From Octopus vulgaris (lineage: Eukaryota): a stretch of DNA of 64,000 nt. Shown here one piece after another: positions 10,506 through 22,644 of the stretch. The notes under the pieces were generated by a model that was not told the origin of the DNA, made no database searches, and worked only from the letters and a program-made list of their open reading frames with translations. The DNA lies in the NCBI GenBank assembly GCA_951406725.2, contig OX597825.1, positions 86,862,001 through 86,926,000 of the forward strand, read 5' to 3'. The position numbers and the translations under genes are program-made. Position 1 is the stretch's first letter; each line of letters begins with the position of its first letter.

Positions 10506-12597
10506 AATTATTGAATCTATGCAAAATATGTCCGTAAGTAGAGGTATGTAAGATTAAGTCGATAAATCGCAGCATCATTGCAAAATTACGTCTGGAATTA
10601 GTGATACCACAGTAAAATTACGTCTGTATGTCGCGGCAGCATTATGAAATCTACCCCCGTAATTAGCGATATTATTGCAAAATTATGTCGGTAAGTGTCG
10701 CTATTTTGCAAAAAGTTAAGTTTGAGATTAGTGACATTACGGTAAAGTTTCGTCCATTGCGGTATCATTTGAAATATTAGGTCAGTATGGAAATGGAAAT
10801 GTTGCAAAATTACGTTTGCACGTAGTAATACCACAAAAGTGTTAAGTCTGTTAAGAGTGGCTTCATTGGGGAATCAGTTTTTTGAGTAACAGAACCATGA
10901 CAAAATTACAACTGTAAATAATGGAGCCAAAACACGTTTGTAATTTGGGCCTTATTGCAAAATTGACCAGATTTAGTTATCTTTTAATGTAGAGTTCGAC
11001 TTATTTAGACCCAGGAATTCTTAATCAGTTTTCCATCAATAATGCAACCATATTCCATCATTAGTCCTTCGTTAGTCTATCAATACTGCGGTTTGGTAGT
11101 TTATGGAGATTTATTATAAAATCCAGTGAGGGAACCTATACGCAGTGGAACAATGTGCTGGAAATAACAACCAAGTTCCCTCAAATCATACTCAAAAGTC
11201 TTCAAAAGAAGGGATTCACTGGATAATCTCTGCTCTAACATCTTTGATTATAATTCTGCTCAGTTAGGAATGACCCGACGACGACAACAACAACAACAAC
11301 CGTAGCATTTCCAAGCAATGTCAAAACATCATTATTCCTCGTGATGAGGTGGTGGAGCGGCAGAAATAGAAGCTTGCTCTCATTACATTTGTATTCTGCG
11401 TGTAAAAGTTGCAGCTGGAAGTCAGCTTTGCATTTCAATCATAAATAAAAGAAATTTAAAAAAATCACGTGATAGCATCACTTTAATCAAGTATATCCCC
11501 CTCCTCTGCCTCCTTTATGGCCGGAAGTCGATGTTAGCCATTTTCATTTCTACTGATTAAAAAAGCAAACACGTTCCGCAAAATGTTTCGAGTCAACGAT
11601 GGAACGACCGAACACCTGATCTGCTACAGTTAACAACCAAATTCCCATCAAATCACGACTTTCTTTCGTAAGAAAAGTGAAATAGAAGGCCACATTTTAT
11701 AATGTTGTCCTAGGTACACAATGCATAAAAATAAACAAGAAAATGGAGGGATAATCACCATTGGAACTCCTTTGGCTGCAGCCTCAATTAGGGGATACTC
11801 TGGGACTAACAAATGAACCCCAAAAATAACAACACCACTACATCAACAAAAAGGAACATTAACACCACCACCACCACCACCACCACCACCACCACCACCA
11901 CCACCTCCACCACCACCACCACCACCACCACCACTGTTACCATCACCGCATCTACAACACGAATAACAGCATAATGGCACCAACACTACAATCAGTAACA
12001 ACAGCAACAACACCAACGCATTTATTGCAGTCACAATGACTGCTAGAGACAACAGCTGAATCTCTCTCAAGTGAAAACTCAGACCTAATAACCCAATGCA
12101 AGGCCTAATGATAAACGTAGTCCTGGTTGCATTACGTTTGAAAGTAAAGACTCAGGTGATGGTTGAAACACTTAATCAAAAGACTGTTTGATCTCAGAAA
12201 AGACTCGGGGTTAAACAGTAACAGCAACAATAACAGAAACTTTATCAATTATACAAGTAAAATATTGAAACCATATTAATTTCTCTTTCGGCATTTTCTC
12301 TCCTTCGTTTTTTTCTTCTTCTGTGGTTCTTGTGTTTTTTTCTTTTTGGCTGTTTTCTCTCTCTTTCAACGAGTTTCATCTTTCTCTTTTTCATCACTCA
12401 TTCACAGCTTCATTCATTCATATATTTATTATCTCTAAAACTATCTTTCATTTTTCCACCAAATTTCTTTCCTTCTTTGTTTCATTCATTTTATTCCTTT
12501 TGCTTTCAGTAATTTTCTTTCTTCCATTCACTTATTTCCCTTCTTCCGCCATATTAATTTCTTTATCATTTCATATCTCTTTTATACTTTTAAGCTA

Positions 12598-12652
<55 letters not shown>

Positions 12653-13323
12653 GGTTCTTTCTCTCTTTCATTTTGTCCCTATTCTCTTCAACCTCTTCTC
12701 ATCGACCAAAAACCAGCAATAACTCACAATAAACCATCAACTCTCCATTATGCACTGACGTCTACAATACACCGCCAAAACGAAATATTAAATGTATAAC
12801 TATTACCTCGAAGGTCATTTTATTTACTGTCAAAACACATTTTCATTAATGCAACCATTATTTCTAGTGTGCAGCACTTAAATTTAACGATCACATATCT
12901 TTCACAAAAACTAATCAGCTAATGGCTATTTCTAAATTTTTAATTATTATACTTTTTCGTTGCCATGTAATGTCGTAGTAATTCATATCTCTATAAAGTC
13001 AACGCCACTACGTTACCTAAATTCCAGCTTTAATTAAATATTGCAGCGCTTTGACCTTTGATTAATAATGCTAAAAAACAACAACATTTGAAAAAAAGGA
13101 AAAAAACAAAACAAAAAAAACACAAATATAATTTCTACCTGAGTTTTTCTGAGTGAATTCTGAAAAGAAATATTTCTTTCTTTTCTGTCTATCTACGAAC
13201 ATTGTTAAAATACACACGTAGACAAATTTATACATACATACATACATACATACATACATACATACATACATACATACATACATACATACATACATACATA
13301 CATACATACACGCATACACACAT

Positions 13324-13354
<31 letters not shown>

Positions 13355-13395
13355 CATTCATACAAACATATGTATATATATTTCGCAATATATTA

Positions 13396-13700
13396 GGGAA
13401 AGAACCTGAAAATGCGGGACTTCTTTAAAAGTATTTATTAACTTAAACGGTTGCACTTATTTAGACATATTTTCAAAAATAAAATATGAGGTTTTGACTA
13501 TCCTCTGGCGTGTCAAAAACTAGTTTATATAAATGTACTCAAATCAAGTTATAAAGTCTTTGACCATTTGACTATTTGACCATGATAAGAGGATATACAA
13601 AGTCTTATACTTTACATTTGAAAATCTTTTTAAATAAGTGAAACCGGTTAAGTTAATAAATACTTTTAAAGGACTCCTGCATTTTCAGATTCTTTTCCTT
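13396..13700. mobile_element. Fold-back (inverted) PLE pseudo-LTR ends with decayed U3-A8 hammerhead in each arm
   Basis: 13396-~13478 is the reverse complement of ~13617-13700. The right arm reads UUGAAAA-t-ctt...aag-t-GAAA-ccgg-UU-aagt. Confidence 0.65.
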
Positions 13701-13832
13701 ATACTTTTACTCGTGCAGTAACCCCCAACTTTACTTTGTTATACACACACACACACAAATCACACACACACATACACACACACACACATATATATATATA
13801 TTTATGTACACACGCACACACACACACATATT

Positions 13833-13895
<63 letters not shown>

Positions 13896-14151
13896 TTATA
13901 TATGTACAAATACACACACACACATGTACACCCAAACATAGTTCCAATTAGCCACAAAGACCAACTCGCTAAATACCATTCGCAGAAAAATGAGCCCAAG
14001 TATAACATGCTTTAACAAATACCAAAAAAGCCAATATTTTGGAAAAGAAGTTACTGACACTTTTTTTCCTTGTAAAAGATTGCATAAGCATGTAATTTAC
14101 TAACAGTATTAAGTTAAATTGCTTTTTTACCATATATAATTGGACATCAAA

Positions 14152-14300
14152 GTACGTGTGATAAGAAGCTTGCTTCCCAACCACATGGTTCAGAGTTTAG
14201 TTCCACTGCGTGATACTTTGGTCAAATGTCTTCTACTAGAACCCCGAGCCTTGTGAGTGGATATAGTAGACAGAAACTGAAAAGAAGGCTGCTGTATGTG
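14152..14300 (+). mobile_element. 5' part of tRNA-derived SINE (family of 47194-47578)
   Basis: gtgataagaagcttgcttcccaaccacatggttcagagtttagttccactgcgtg...gccttgtgagtggat...gaaactgaaaagaag, homologous to the copies at 27461, 35030 and 47194. Confidence 0.8.
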
Positions 14301-14329
14301 TGGAAGGTAGTTTGTTTAGAATATTAGTT

Positions 14330-15087
14330 ATTATTAATAAAAGATATAAATGTATATCTTTAAAGGTAAAGGTTTCTTGTCAAATTGTTATAAGGGGTAT
14401 ACGAACATAAGTAAAAGAAAGATGAAAGAAATGGTTAGTTTTATTATGAATAATTCATTTGAAATGTTTGCAGGTAAGGTGTTTGAGTAGGTTAGGGGAA
14501 TTCCAATGGGTGGCAATTTCAGCCCCCTGTTGGCAGACCTTTATCTTTCTTCATTCGAGCTCCTTTTTCTTAAAGACCTATGTGCGAGGAAAAAGATTGG
14601 TTTACTTAAAAAACTTAATGGATGTTGCAGATAGATAGATGATATATTCTTTACCTAATTATGCTTTCTTTGAATTTTTACTTATAAAAATATACCGTCG
14701 TGAGCTTATAGCCACCAGAAATGGTAACAATGTGAGGAATATTAATTATTTAGATGCCAATTTAGTAATTTAGGATAATAATGAATTTTGTACTGACATT
14801 TATAATAAAACAGATTTTAGTTTCCAAGTGTCTTCGATGCCATGGTGCAGTAGAAAAATTCCTTCTTTTATTGGTTTTGGTGATTTTGCAGGGCAAATAG
14901 TCAGATATAGTGCTATTATTAACAATGCTTATAAAATTTCGTTTAGAATAAATAAACTGTTAAGACATTTAATAAAACCAGAGTATAAACATGGTTAAAA
15001 CTTTTAATCGCTATTTAGGTGGGACACTTGAAATTCAAAATAAATATGGGGTAATATCTAGTCTTCAACTTAGCAAATATTTGTAAA
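14330..15087 (+). pseudogene. Penelope-like element reverse transcriptase, 5'-truncated, with Naiad/Chlamys-like motifs and no C-terminal GIY-YIG
   Basis: MFAGKVFE*VRGIPMGGNFSPLLADLYLSSFE (from 14464), CR*IDDIF (YIDD), NINYLDA, DIYNKTD..FQVSSMPWCSRKIPSFIGFGDFAGQIVRYS. The coding-like sequence stops at ~15087. Confidence 0.9.
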
Positions 15088-16140
15088 GATTTGGAATGCT
15101 TCCGATCCAAGTTATTTGCTTACTACGTCACCATTTTTGCTTACTACGTCACCGATATTGTTCGAGACAACTGAGGAAGTGGTAATTACACACTACGTCA
15201 TCAATAGTTGAGATAATCTTTTAAGTTCTAGAAGTGATGAACCGTAAGATTTGAAAAAAACATGTAAGTGTTAATACTTTGTAGTTTTGTTACCTTTTAA
15301 GCAGTTTTAATCGTAGCAAGATTTTATAATAATAGTTAATTACAGGTATACTTTTATTAGTTCCTATTTAATAAAATTTAATGTCTCTACTAGTTACTGG
15401 TAATTTTACATTAAAGCTTGTAAGGGTTAATCTATATTAATGAGTTTGTAGTGTTTTTACTATTAACTTTTGAATTATGAAATTATGTATTTCACTCATA
15501 ATTATATTATTCATTAAATTAATTTCAGTCGTGTTTTATTTTGGAGAAAATTGAATATAAAGCTTTCACTTTTTGTTACTATAGTAGTAACTATGGAAGA
15601 CTGATGGGATTATTATTTGTACGGACTTAAAGATTGGTCGTTATTTAGGATATAATTTAGTTATTGTAGGTTTACTACTAATACCGATACAGATGTACAT
15701 AAATTTATGCGTTTGCTTGTTGTAGTTTCATTTTAAAGTTAGTGTTTAATCCTGCCTGTATTTAGATTGAATGAATGTGGTTATTAAGCTTTCACTTTTA
15801 TATTATACTATAGAAGACTGTAGGGAATATTTTTTGTTTGACTTAAAGGTTTGGTTTCTGTTTAATTACATATTTTGGAGTTGGTTATAGATTTATTTAT
15901 TGAATTCATTTACCGATCCTGTTGTGCATAGGGTAGTTGTGGTTTCATTGGTATATTTGCTCTCAAACAACACTTATTTTAGTGCTGTTGACATCGCCGG
16001 ATTGAATGGTACTGGGCAGGTGTCGAAACCATTGTGATATCCGTGGGGCAGCTGATGATGGAGGTATGTTGGATTGTTGGTATGGCTGTTTTTTGTATAT
16101 GTGGAATAGTATTATAACACAATCTTTGATTATATATATA
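15088..16140 (+). mobile_element. U-rich pseudo-LTR / 3' region of the PLE, with an internal ~210-bp diverged duplication, ending in (TA)n
   Basis: Directly follows the RT. Three tacgtca motifs at 15124-15200. aagctttcacttt...actat(g/a)gaagactg occurs at ~15560 and ~15786. Hammerhead motif near the 3' end. Confidence 0.7.
15998..16062 (+). ncRNA. Second non-circularly permuted hammerhead motif (partly decayed)
   Basis: aatgg-UA (16005-16011), ctg (16012-16014), gtc-GAAA-ccatt (16022-16033), cag-CUGAUGA-t-gg (16049-16061). Stem III is extended by cggat (15998-16002)/atccg (16039-16043). Confidence 0.65.
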
Positions 16141-16152
16141 TATATAAGTCTG

Positions 16153-16169
16153 GAGTGTACGTACGCCGC

Positions 16170-16248
<79 letters not shown>

Positions 16249-16266
16249 AGCGGCGTACGTACACTC
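16153..16266. repeat. Perfect 21-bp inverted repeat enclosing a (TA)n tract
   Basis: gagtgtacgtacgccgctaca (16153-16173) and tgtagcggcgtacgtacactc (16246-16266). Confidence 0.9.
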
Positions 16267-16773
16267 TGGTCTCTTATATGTAAGTATATATTTATCTAAA
16301 TGTATTTTCTTATTCTTTCATTCTTTCCTTCTTCTATCAGCCCTTTCACGCTTATTTCGTTCATTCCACTCTTCGTTCTATCGTTCCCCACCTCTCACAT
16401 TTCATTGCCTTCTCGTCATACTCACTTTCCCTCCTCTTTTCACGTCATTATGTCCCTATCAGTTTTTCGCCCCTCCTTATTTCTTCTGTCCCTTTGCCTC
16501 TACCTCTCTCTCTTTTCTCCCAATGTGACCGGTGTTCGGCCAAGCCTGACTTTCTTTCTTGGTTCGGCCGTTGTCCGCGCAACATCTATATTTCTCCCTG
16601 TGCCTTGTATACTTGCCGTAAAGCTTTACTTCCACACACGCCAGCTTAATTTAATTCGTCCTTGGTCGAAAGACACCTGTTGTTATGTCTATCTATCTGT
16701 CTAAACACACACATTTGCATACACACACGCACACGCTCATAAACAAACAAACATACACATATATATGTGTGAA

Positions 16774-16819
<46 letters not shown>

Positions 16820-17555
16820 TGTTTGTGAACGCTCATTGTGTTCGACTATAACAACACCAAATCAAATTCAAGATTCCAGTTATGTTATTGCTGGCAAGTT
16901 TTGCTAATTTTACAATTTCGTTGACTTTTATCTTAAAGCAAGTTGAAAATTATGCTTCTTCTTGCCTTTAATAATGCGATCGACCAGTTCTCTGCCTTAC
17001 TTAAAACGGTTTTTCAGATATAACAAGCACACACATACACGGCTCTTCCATTTATACACACATATTTATAGGAACACGTTTTCTTTCAAGCATTTCATAT
17101 TAACACCATGGCAATATTCCAGTTTAATAAGAATATGAAGTGGTGTTGGCTTCTAAACTGCTCCATTTTTAGTGGGCGGCTTTATATCTGTAGACTTTTC
17201 CGCCAGAATTTGGCCGTTAGGTTCCACGTCATCAGACACATGTGATAAGCATTGCACATCATCAGTCACGTGTTTATATTGTTTATAATGTTTGTATGTT
17301 GTTGTTTGTGTGTTTATTTCATCTTAGACTTATCATAGAAGTATTGTTCCTCTAACTAATCGTCTATTTTGTTTTAGGGAAATTCTTTGTAGCATGAATG
17401 TATTATCTGCTAATATTTTCTCTTTATTTTTGTTTTATGATAATGTGTGTTGCAATTGCTCCTAGTTGTTATCATACGGAGAGCCTACAAGAGAGTGGTG
17501 TGTGTTTATTTACAGAAGCTATACACTGCATATTTAATGAATTCCTTAATCTATC

Positions 17556-17614
<59 letters not shown>

Positions 17615-17619
<5 letters not shown>

Positions 17620-17935
17620 CAAAGTAAGCAACAAGAATATCTTCGGTAATTTGGTACGATCGTTTCACACTACATCATTTTATTAAACATTGTAAGTATT
17701 AAATCAGTTTTAACATTCAAATCGACCTCTCTCTCAGTATATCTACCCTCTTGATAATGTTAGCAGTTAACATGGAAATAAGTATATGTATTGATGGAAA
17801 ACCTCTATAAATGGATGATGATTGCTCAACATTTTAAAACTGATGTAATACTTACAATGTTCAATAAAATGATGTAGCGTGAAACGATCGTACCAAATTA
17901 CCAAAGATATTCTTGTTGCTTACTTTGATTATAAT
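17615..17935. mobile_element. Fold-back PLE end with long-stem-II hammerhead-like motif (17812-17895)
   Basis: 17615-~17715 is the reverse complement of ~17832-17932. The right side reads tgg-ATGATGA-t-tgct..catttta...taaaatg..agcg-t-GAAA-cgatcg-UA-cca, with C3 changed to A. Confidence 0.65.
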
Positions 17936-18018
17936 CACCCCATGGATTATATGGATAACACCGTACAAAATTCTGGTGCATCTGACTTAAGTACCTTATT
18001 CATTTGAATCTAAATTTT

Positions 18019-18065
<47 letters not shown>

Positions 18066-18108
18066 CATATACGTATAAATATATAATTATGTAGATATAT
18101 AGTTACAG

Positions 18109-18213
<105 letters not shown>

Positions 18214-20493
18214 TATATAAGTCAATATACAAAAGTAAATTTTCTGCTGATGTAGATTGTGGAATATACTCTGAATGATATGAATTTATAGACTCGCTGT
18301 AAAGATATTTCGGTTTTATAATAGATTATGAAACGAATCAGATATCCTGCTCCTGCTGTTGAAAGTCAGCTTAATCATCGTACTTAGCTGATCAAATTAT
18401 TCTTGGGAGATATGCGTAAAATTAGACTCCGGAAGGCGCCTCACAATTTTGCTATCCAAATATGTTTGAAGGTTGAATGCTGAAAATATGAACTATTATA
18501 AAATCGATTGGTCGGTTTCAGAACACGCATAACTTTGAATTAATAGCTACCGAAAGTTTGGTTTTATCTTTCGAAGAAGTACGATGTCATATCACGCCAA
18601 TTGCAACAATGAACAAAAGATCGGAATTAGCGAACACACATTTTGTTTAAAAAATTAAAAATCTTAATGACTGATTACATTTCTGAACATTCTTTCTTGT
18701 ATATTGTCAGGCAGTTTTTCAACTTCAGTCACTTGAAGAATTGGTGACGGGAAACCTAGCTTCGATTTCAATTCATGAAGCTCCATCTTTTGATTACACA
18801 CACACATACACACACGCTCACTCACGGACGTTTACATATGTAAATGAACCAGAGAAATAATGATAAATAAACATTTAATATTTACCAAAGAAGGTAGCAT
18901 CTTGATTTATTTAAAGTTTCTTTCTTGTGGCAATAGCAATCAACTTAAAAGAAGTGGCGGAAAATCTACAATGAAAAATTCTTCAAAATTGACATGCAGT
19001 CAAAGAAAAACAAAAAGCAATCTGAATGTCTGTAGAAAATAGGAAAGCAAAGGATTCGTATTTCTGCCTCAATAGGTATCGTCAGCACAGCAGTTTTCCA
19101 ACAGAGAATTCAGCGGACAATATACTTTGGCATATGCAAATGGGGCTGCGAAAATCTTCATCAAATTAAAGGAAGGGGTGCGTGACAAGTTGGATAATGG
19201 AGTCATAGATATGCAATGGTTGAAAATTGAACGGAGTGGTCATGTTCGGCACTTTTTGATCCTTGGTTTGAGCTTAGTAGATTCTAAATAACAGTAACAA
19301 TAACAAGAACAACAACACCAAAAAACAACAAAAACGACAACTTCTACTGTGATTATCTACTGGGAGTTAATTAACTGTGTTACAGTCGTAACGTCATTAC
19401 GTCAATTAAGTTTTTGTTTTGTTATTAGGAATGTCAAAAAAATGGCATCTCTTTCTTATTCAGCGTCCATTCCTCTGGAAGAATGTCTTTATAAAAGGTT
19501 ATTGATACATTCTAATCCTTGCTGCTCATAATAACTACCTATTTACACTCTCAGAACACACACACACACACACACATACTCATTCATGCACGCGCGAGTA
19601 TGCATACACTTACGCACACGTGCACACACAGAGAGACACACAGACGCACACACACACAGATACACACAAACACACACTCGTATATGTACGTAGAGTAGCT
19701 CCTTATGAAGAGCTCCATATATTTTACTTCCTATCCCTAATCCCTTCTTCTTTTGAAAAACAATTTTCGTCGCCTCAAATGCTTTGGTTTTATGGAGACG
19801 AGAGAAATATTTTTCATGTTTAATTACTTACAAGTTACTGTGAGACGATTGCGATAAACTGTTTCTCTCACTGGTCTTAATAGAAGCACAAACACTGGAT
19901 TATGGTTGTAAACTTGAACGAAGCTGATTTCTTCGAAAACATTCACATTTACAAATGTGTTTTAGAACCTTTGGTATTCTGAATGGGTTTCAACTATTCT
20001 TTCTGCCCAACGCCATCATTCAACGAAGAGATGCGTAAAATAACATCTTTACAGTATTTTCGTTTAAGCCGTGTAAATTCTTGGTATTTTCTTCCATTCT
20101 CCACGTGATGGTGTTGGTGATGAGGTGGAGTGGAATAGAATATTTACCAGTCATGTTATGGGATCCCTTTAATCGATTGTGGCGTTCTTAAATTTTCGCA
20201 ATATTGAGCCAATGTTAGAAATCAATATTGTTCATAAAATAGGAGTGATTTACAGAAGAGTTACCCCTACCCCTACCTAGGTAGAATCGATGCAAGTAAA
20301 TTCCTCCTCTCATGATCTCGGATTCAGTAAATCCCTACGTATTTATTTCAAAGACAGAAAGTGTGAGCGTATGTGTATATGCATGTATGTGTGCGTGCAT
20401 GTATGAATGTATGCATGTCTGAATGTGTATGTCTGTAAATATGTATGTGTGCATGTATGTATATATATATACATGCATACATACATACATACA

Positions 20494-20562
<69 letters not shown>

Positions 20563-20568
20563 TAATGA

Positions 20569-20637
<69 letters not shown>

Positions 20638-20638
<1 letters not shown>

Positions 20639-21272
20639 GTCACGAAAGTGACAGAGGGTACAAAGTGGTACCAGCATTGCTAGACATAAGAGTCAAAATG
20701 ACACATTAATGACAAGAGCACTATCTTAATAAGCTGACAAGGGAGACAAAGCTCTCTACGGTGGCAGATATAACGATTACATGTGATTTCGAATTTTGAT
20801 GCAGAGAATCTTATTTCTCATCAGTGGCTCTTACTGCGCCTAGAGTTAAGCTCAACTGACCACGTCAACTTATAAGAAAAACCGTTGGAGACATGTGCTG
20901 ATTTCAAAAACGGTAGGAGTGAAAATTATAAATAATATGTGTGGTTCATTAGCAAGGTAACAACCTAAAGGCAAATTTATTGACGTCACTAAAGTGACAG
21001 AAGATCTTTAAAACCAGTATATGTTTTCAACGGCTTTTCTTATAAGTTAACGAGATGAGTTGAGCTTAACCCTTGACGCAGTAAGAGCCACTGATGCTCT
21101 GCATAAAAATTCGAAATCACGTGATATGGCTATATCTGCAACCGTCTCCCTTGCCAGCTTAAGATAGTGCTCTTGTGGCTAATGAGTCGTTTTGACACTT
21201 ATTTCTCGCAATGCTGGTACCACTTTGTACTCTCTCTCACTTTAGTGACGTCTATAAATTGCTAATAAGCCA

Positions 21273-21275
<3 letters not shown>
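20638..21275. mobile_element. Long fold-back element (~250-bp arms), each arm carrying a hammerhead remnant
   Basis: 20638-~20890 is the reverse complement of ~21025-21252. Right arm: gcca-CUGAUG...ttc-GAAA-tcacgtga-UA-tggc (21087-21130). The left arm, on the minus strand, keeps CUGAUGA (20818-20824). A third terminal copy lies at 20941-21000. Confidence 0.8.
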
Positions 21276-21354
<79 letters not shown>

Positions 21355-21358
21355 ATAT

Positions 21359-21550
21359 AGTTGAAATTTACAGAAAAGCAAAAGACAAAGACAAGTGTAT
21401 AAACAACAAGCAGGTGTATTAGTTTAACGCTCGGGAAGGTGAGAAAGTCTTTTACGTTTCGAACCTACGCTCTTCAACAGAAAGGAACACGAGGAAATAA
21501 ACAGAGACAGAATAAGAATAAGCTTTTGCTGCTAGCGGTCAATCATGGTA
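21359..21550 (-). mobile_element. Short non-autonomous hammerhead-bearing element (U6-core family) abutting a microsatellite
   Basis: Minus strand reads cttt-CUGUUGA-a-gagc-gtag-gttc-GAAA-cg-UA-aaag (21449-21484). Homologous to the copies at 22998, 30294, 30942 and 63803. Confidence 0.8.
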
Positions 21551-21867
21551 GCTGATTGTACGTATAAAAAGTGCTATCTGTAATTGTGCGTTGACTCGAA
21601 TGGGAAAATGTGTCGCTCAAGAAGGACTTCAGTTTGAACAACTTTCATGATGTTTCACATGTAGATGCCTTTATTAAATTCATTCAGTCGTAAATAAATA
21701 AATAAATCTTGGAATTAAATAGTTTTGATTTACTGTCAGGTGAGTTTTGGCCAACCCTGAATAAAGTTTTGGGGACTAGAACTCGAAGCACAGAAAGCTA
21801 CAGATAATAGTATGTAAATATTCACTTGAGGAACCCCTTTGAATAGAAACCATCGAAGGCTCTATCA

Positions 21868-21906
<39 letters not shown>

Positions 21907-22382
21907 TAAACTTGTTATCATTTGAAATATACTTCAGGTGTATTCGAACGTATAAGAAAGCTGTTCACCGTATTTTGTTATGGAAACATTTCTCGCTGTT
22001 GACAAACAGGTGTAAATAAAGTAACTCAGCTCATAGCCACCTAACCAGACTGTAGGATACGTGCATTTCGGAGTGGTTATCTTCTCTTCAGCAACAGAAT
22101 CCAGATCTGACACAAGAGACAGGTCCGTCATATTTCCACCATCGTTCAATGACTGGTTGCGATACTCAGCGGCTCGCCGTACACCAAGTGACTGTGTTAA
22201 TCAGTCTAGTAAGCTTCAGGTAGTCCGTGGGAGGTATAAGAAAATAATTTTTAGGAACAATAACTGTTAATTGACGTAAAGTTTGTAAAGTTTATCCATA
22301 TTGAAGTTCGATGTGTTGAAAAAAGTTATTTTATAGTTCACCGTTAGCAGCAGCGGTTTCTGTACATGCGAATAAAAATCTC

Positions 22383-22630
22383 AAATTAGGGAACGGAATA
22401 GATAAAACCCGGGCTACATAGGTTTCATAGCTAGCGGAACATGGGAAATTATCCAAACGAAGGCGAATTTGCTAGCTAGTCGTGGGGCCAAAGTTACTTT
22501 GGATTGAAGAATCTTTGGTCCGACGAGTAGCTAGAGGATTAGTTCTTCATTAGGGTAATCCCCGCTTTCGATGCTCCGCTAGCCATGAAACATATGTAGC
22601 CTGGATTTTATCTACTCCATTCTCTAATTT
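22383..22630. mobile_element. Fold-back palindrome with C4-variant hammerhead in the right arm (22517-22601)
   Basis: Arms are reverse complements around ~22505. ggt-CCGACGA-g-tagctag...ctagcca-t-GAAA-catatg-UA-gcc. Confidence 0.75.
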
Positions 22631-22644
22631 TACATTATATAATA

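Larger units (their letters stand above)
6660..10975 (+). repeat. Ancient, highly diverged 32-bp tandem satellite, consensus approximately CATTGCAAAATTACGTCTGTAAGTAGCGGCAC
   Basis: The core aaaattacgtctg recurs throughout (e.g. 10582 and 10614, period 32). The array is interrupted by SINEs at ~9115 and 10109. Confidence 0.9.

Noticed and set aside
6660-10975. CRISPR-like look of a regularly spaced conserved motif
   Set aside because: The variable parts are homologous to each other rather than unique spacers, the period is only 32 bp, there are no cas genes, and the context is eukaryotic.
15100-15990. SECIS element in the Naiad-like pseudo-LTR
   Set aside because: Several AUGA words occur, but no convincing kink-turn helix with an apical AA could be paired by eye.
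16527-16680. ggtcGAAAgacacc with an upstream complement, hammerhead-like
   Set aside because: It is only an imperfect inverted repeat, with no CUGANGA core.
21934-22270. Complex-sequence short ORFs as a possible host exon
   Set aside because: No recognisable domain and no convincing splice-site pair with an open frame. Cannot be supported without RNA-seq or homology.
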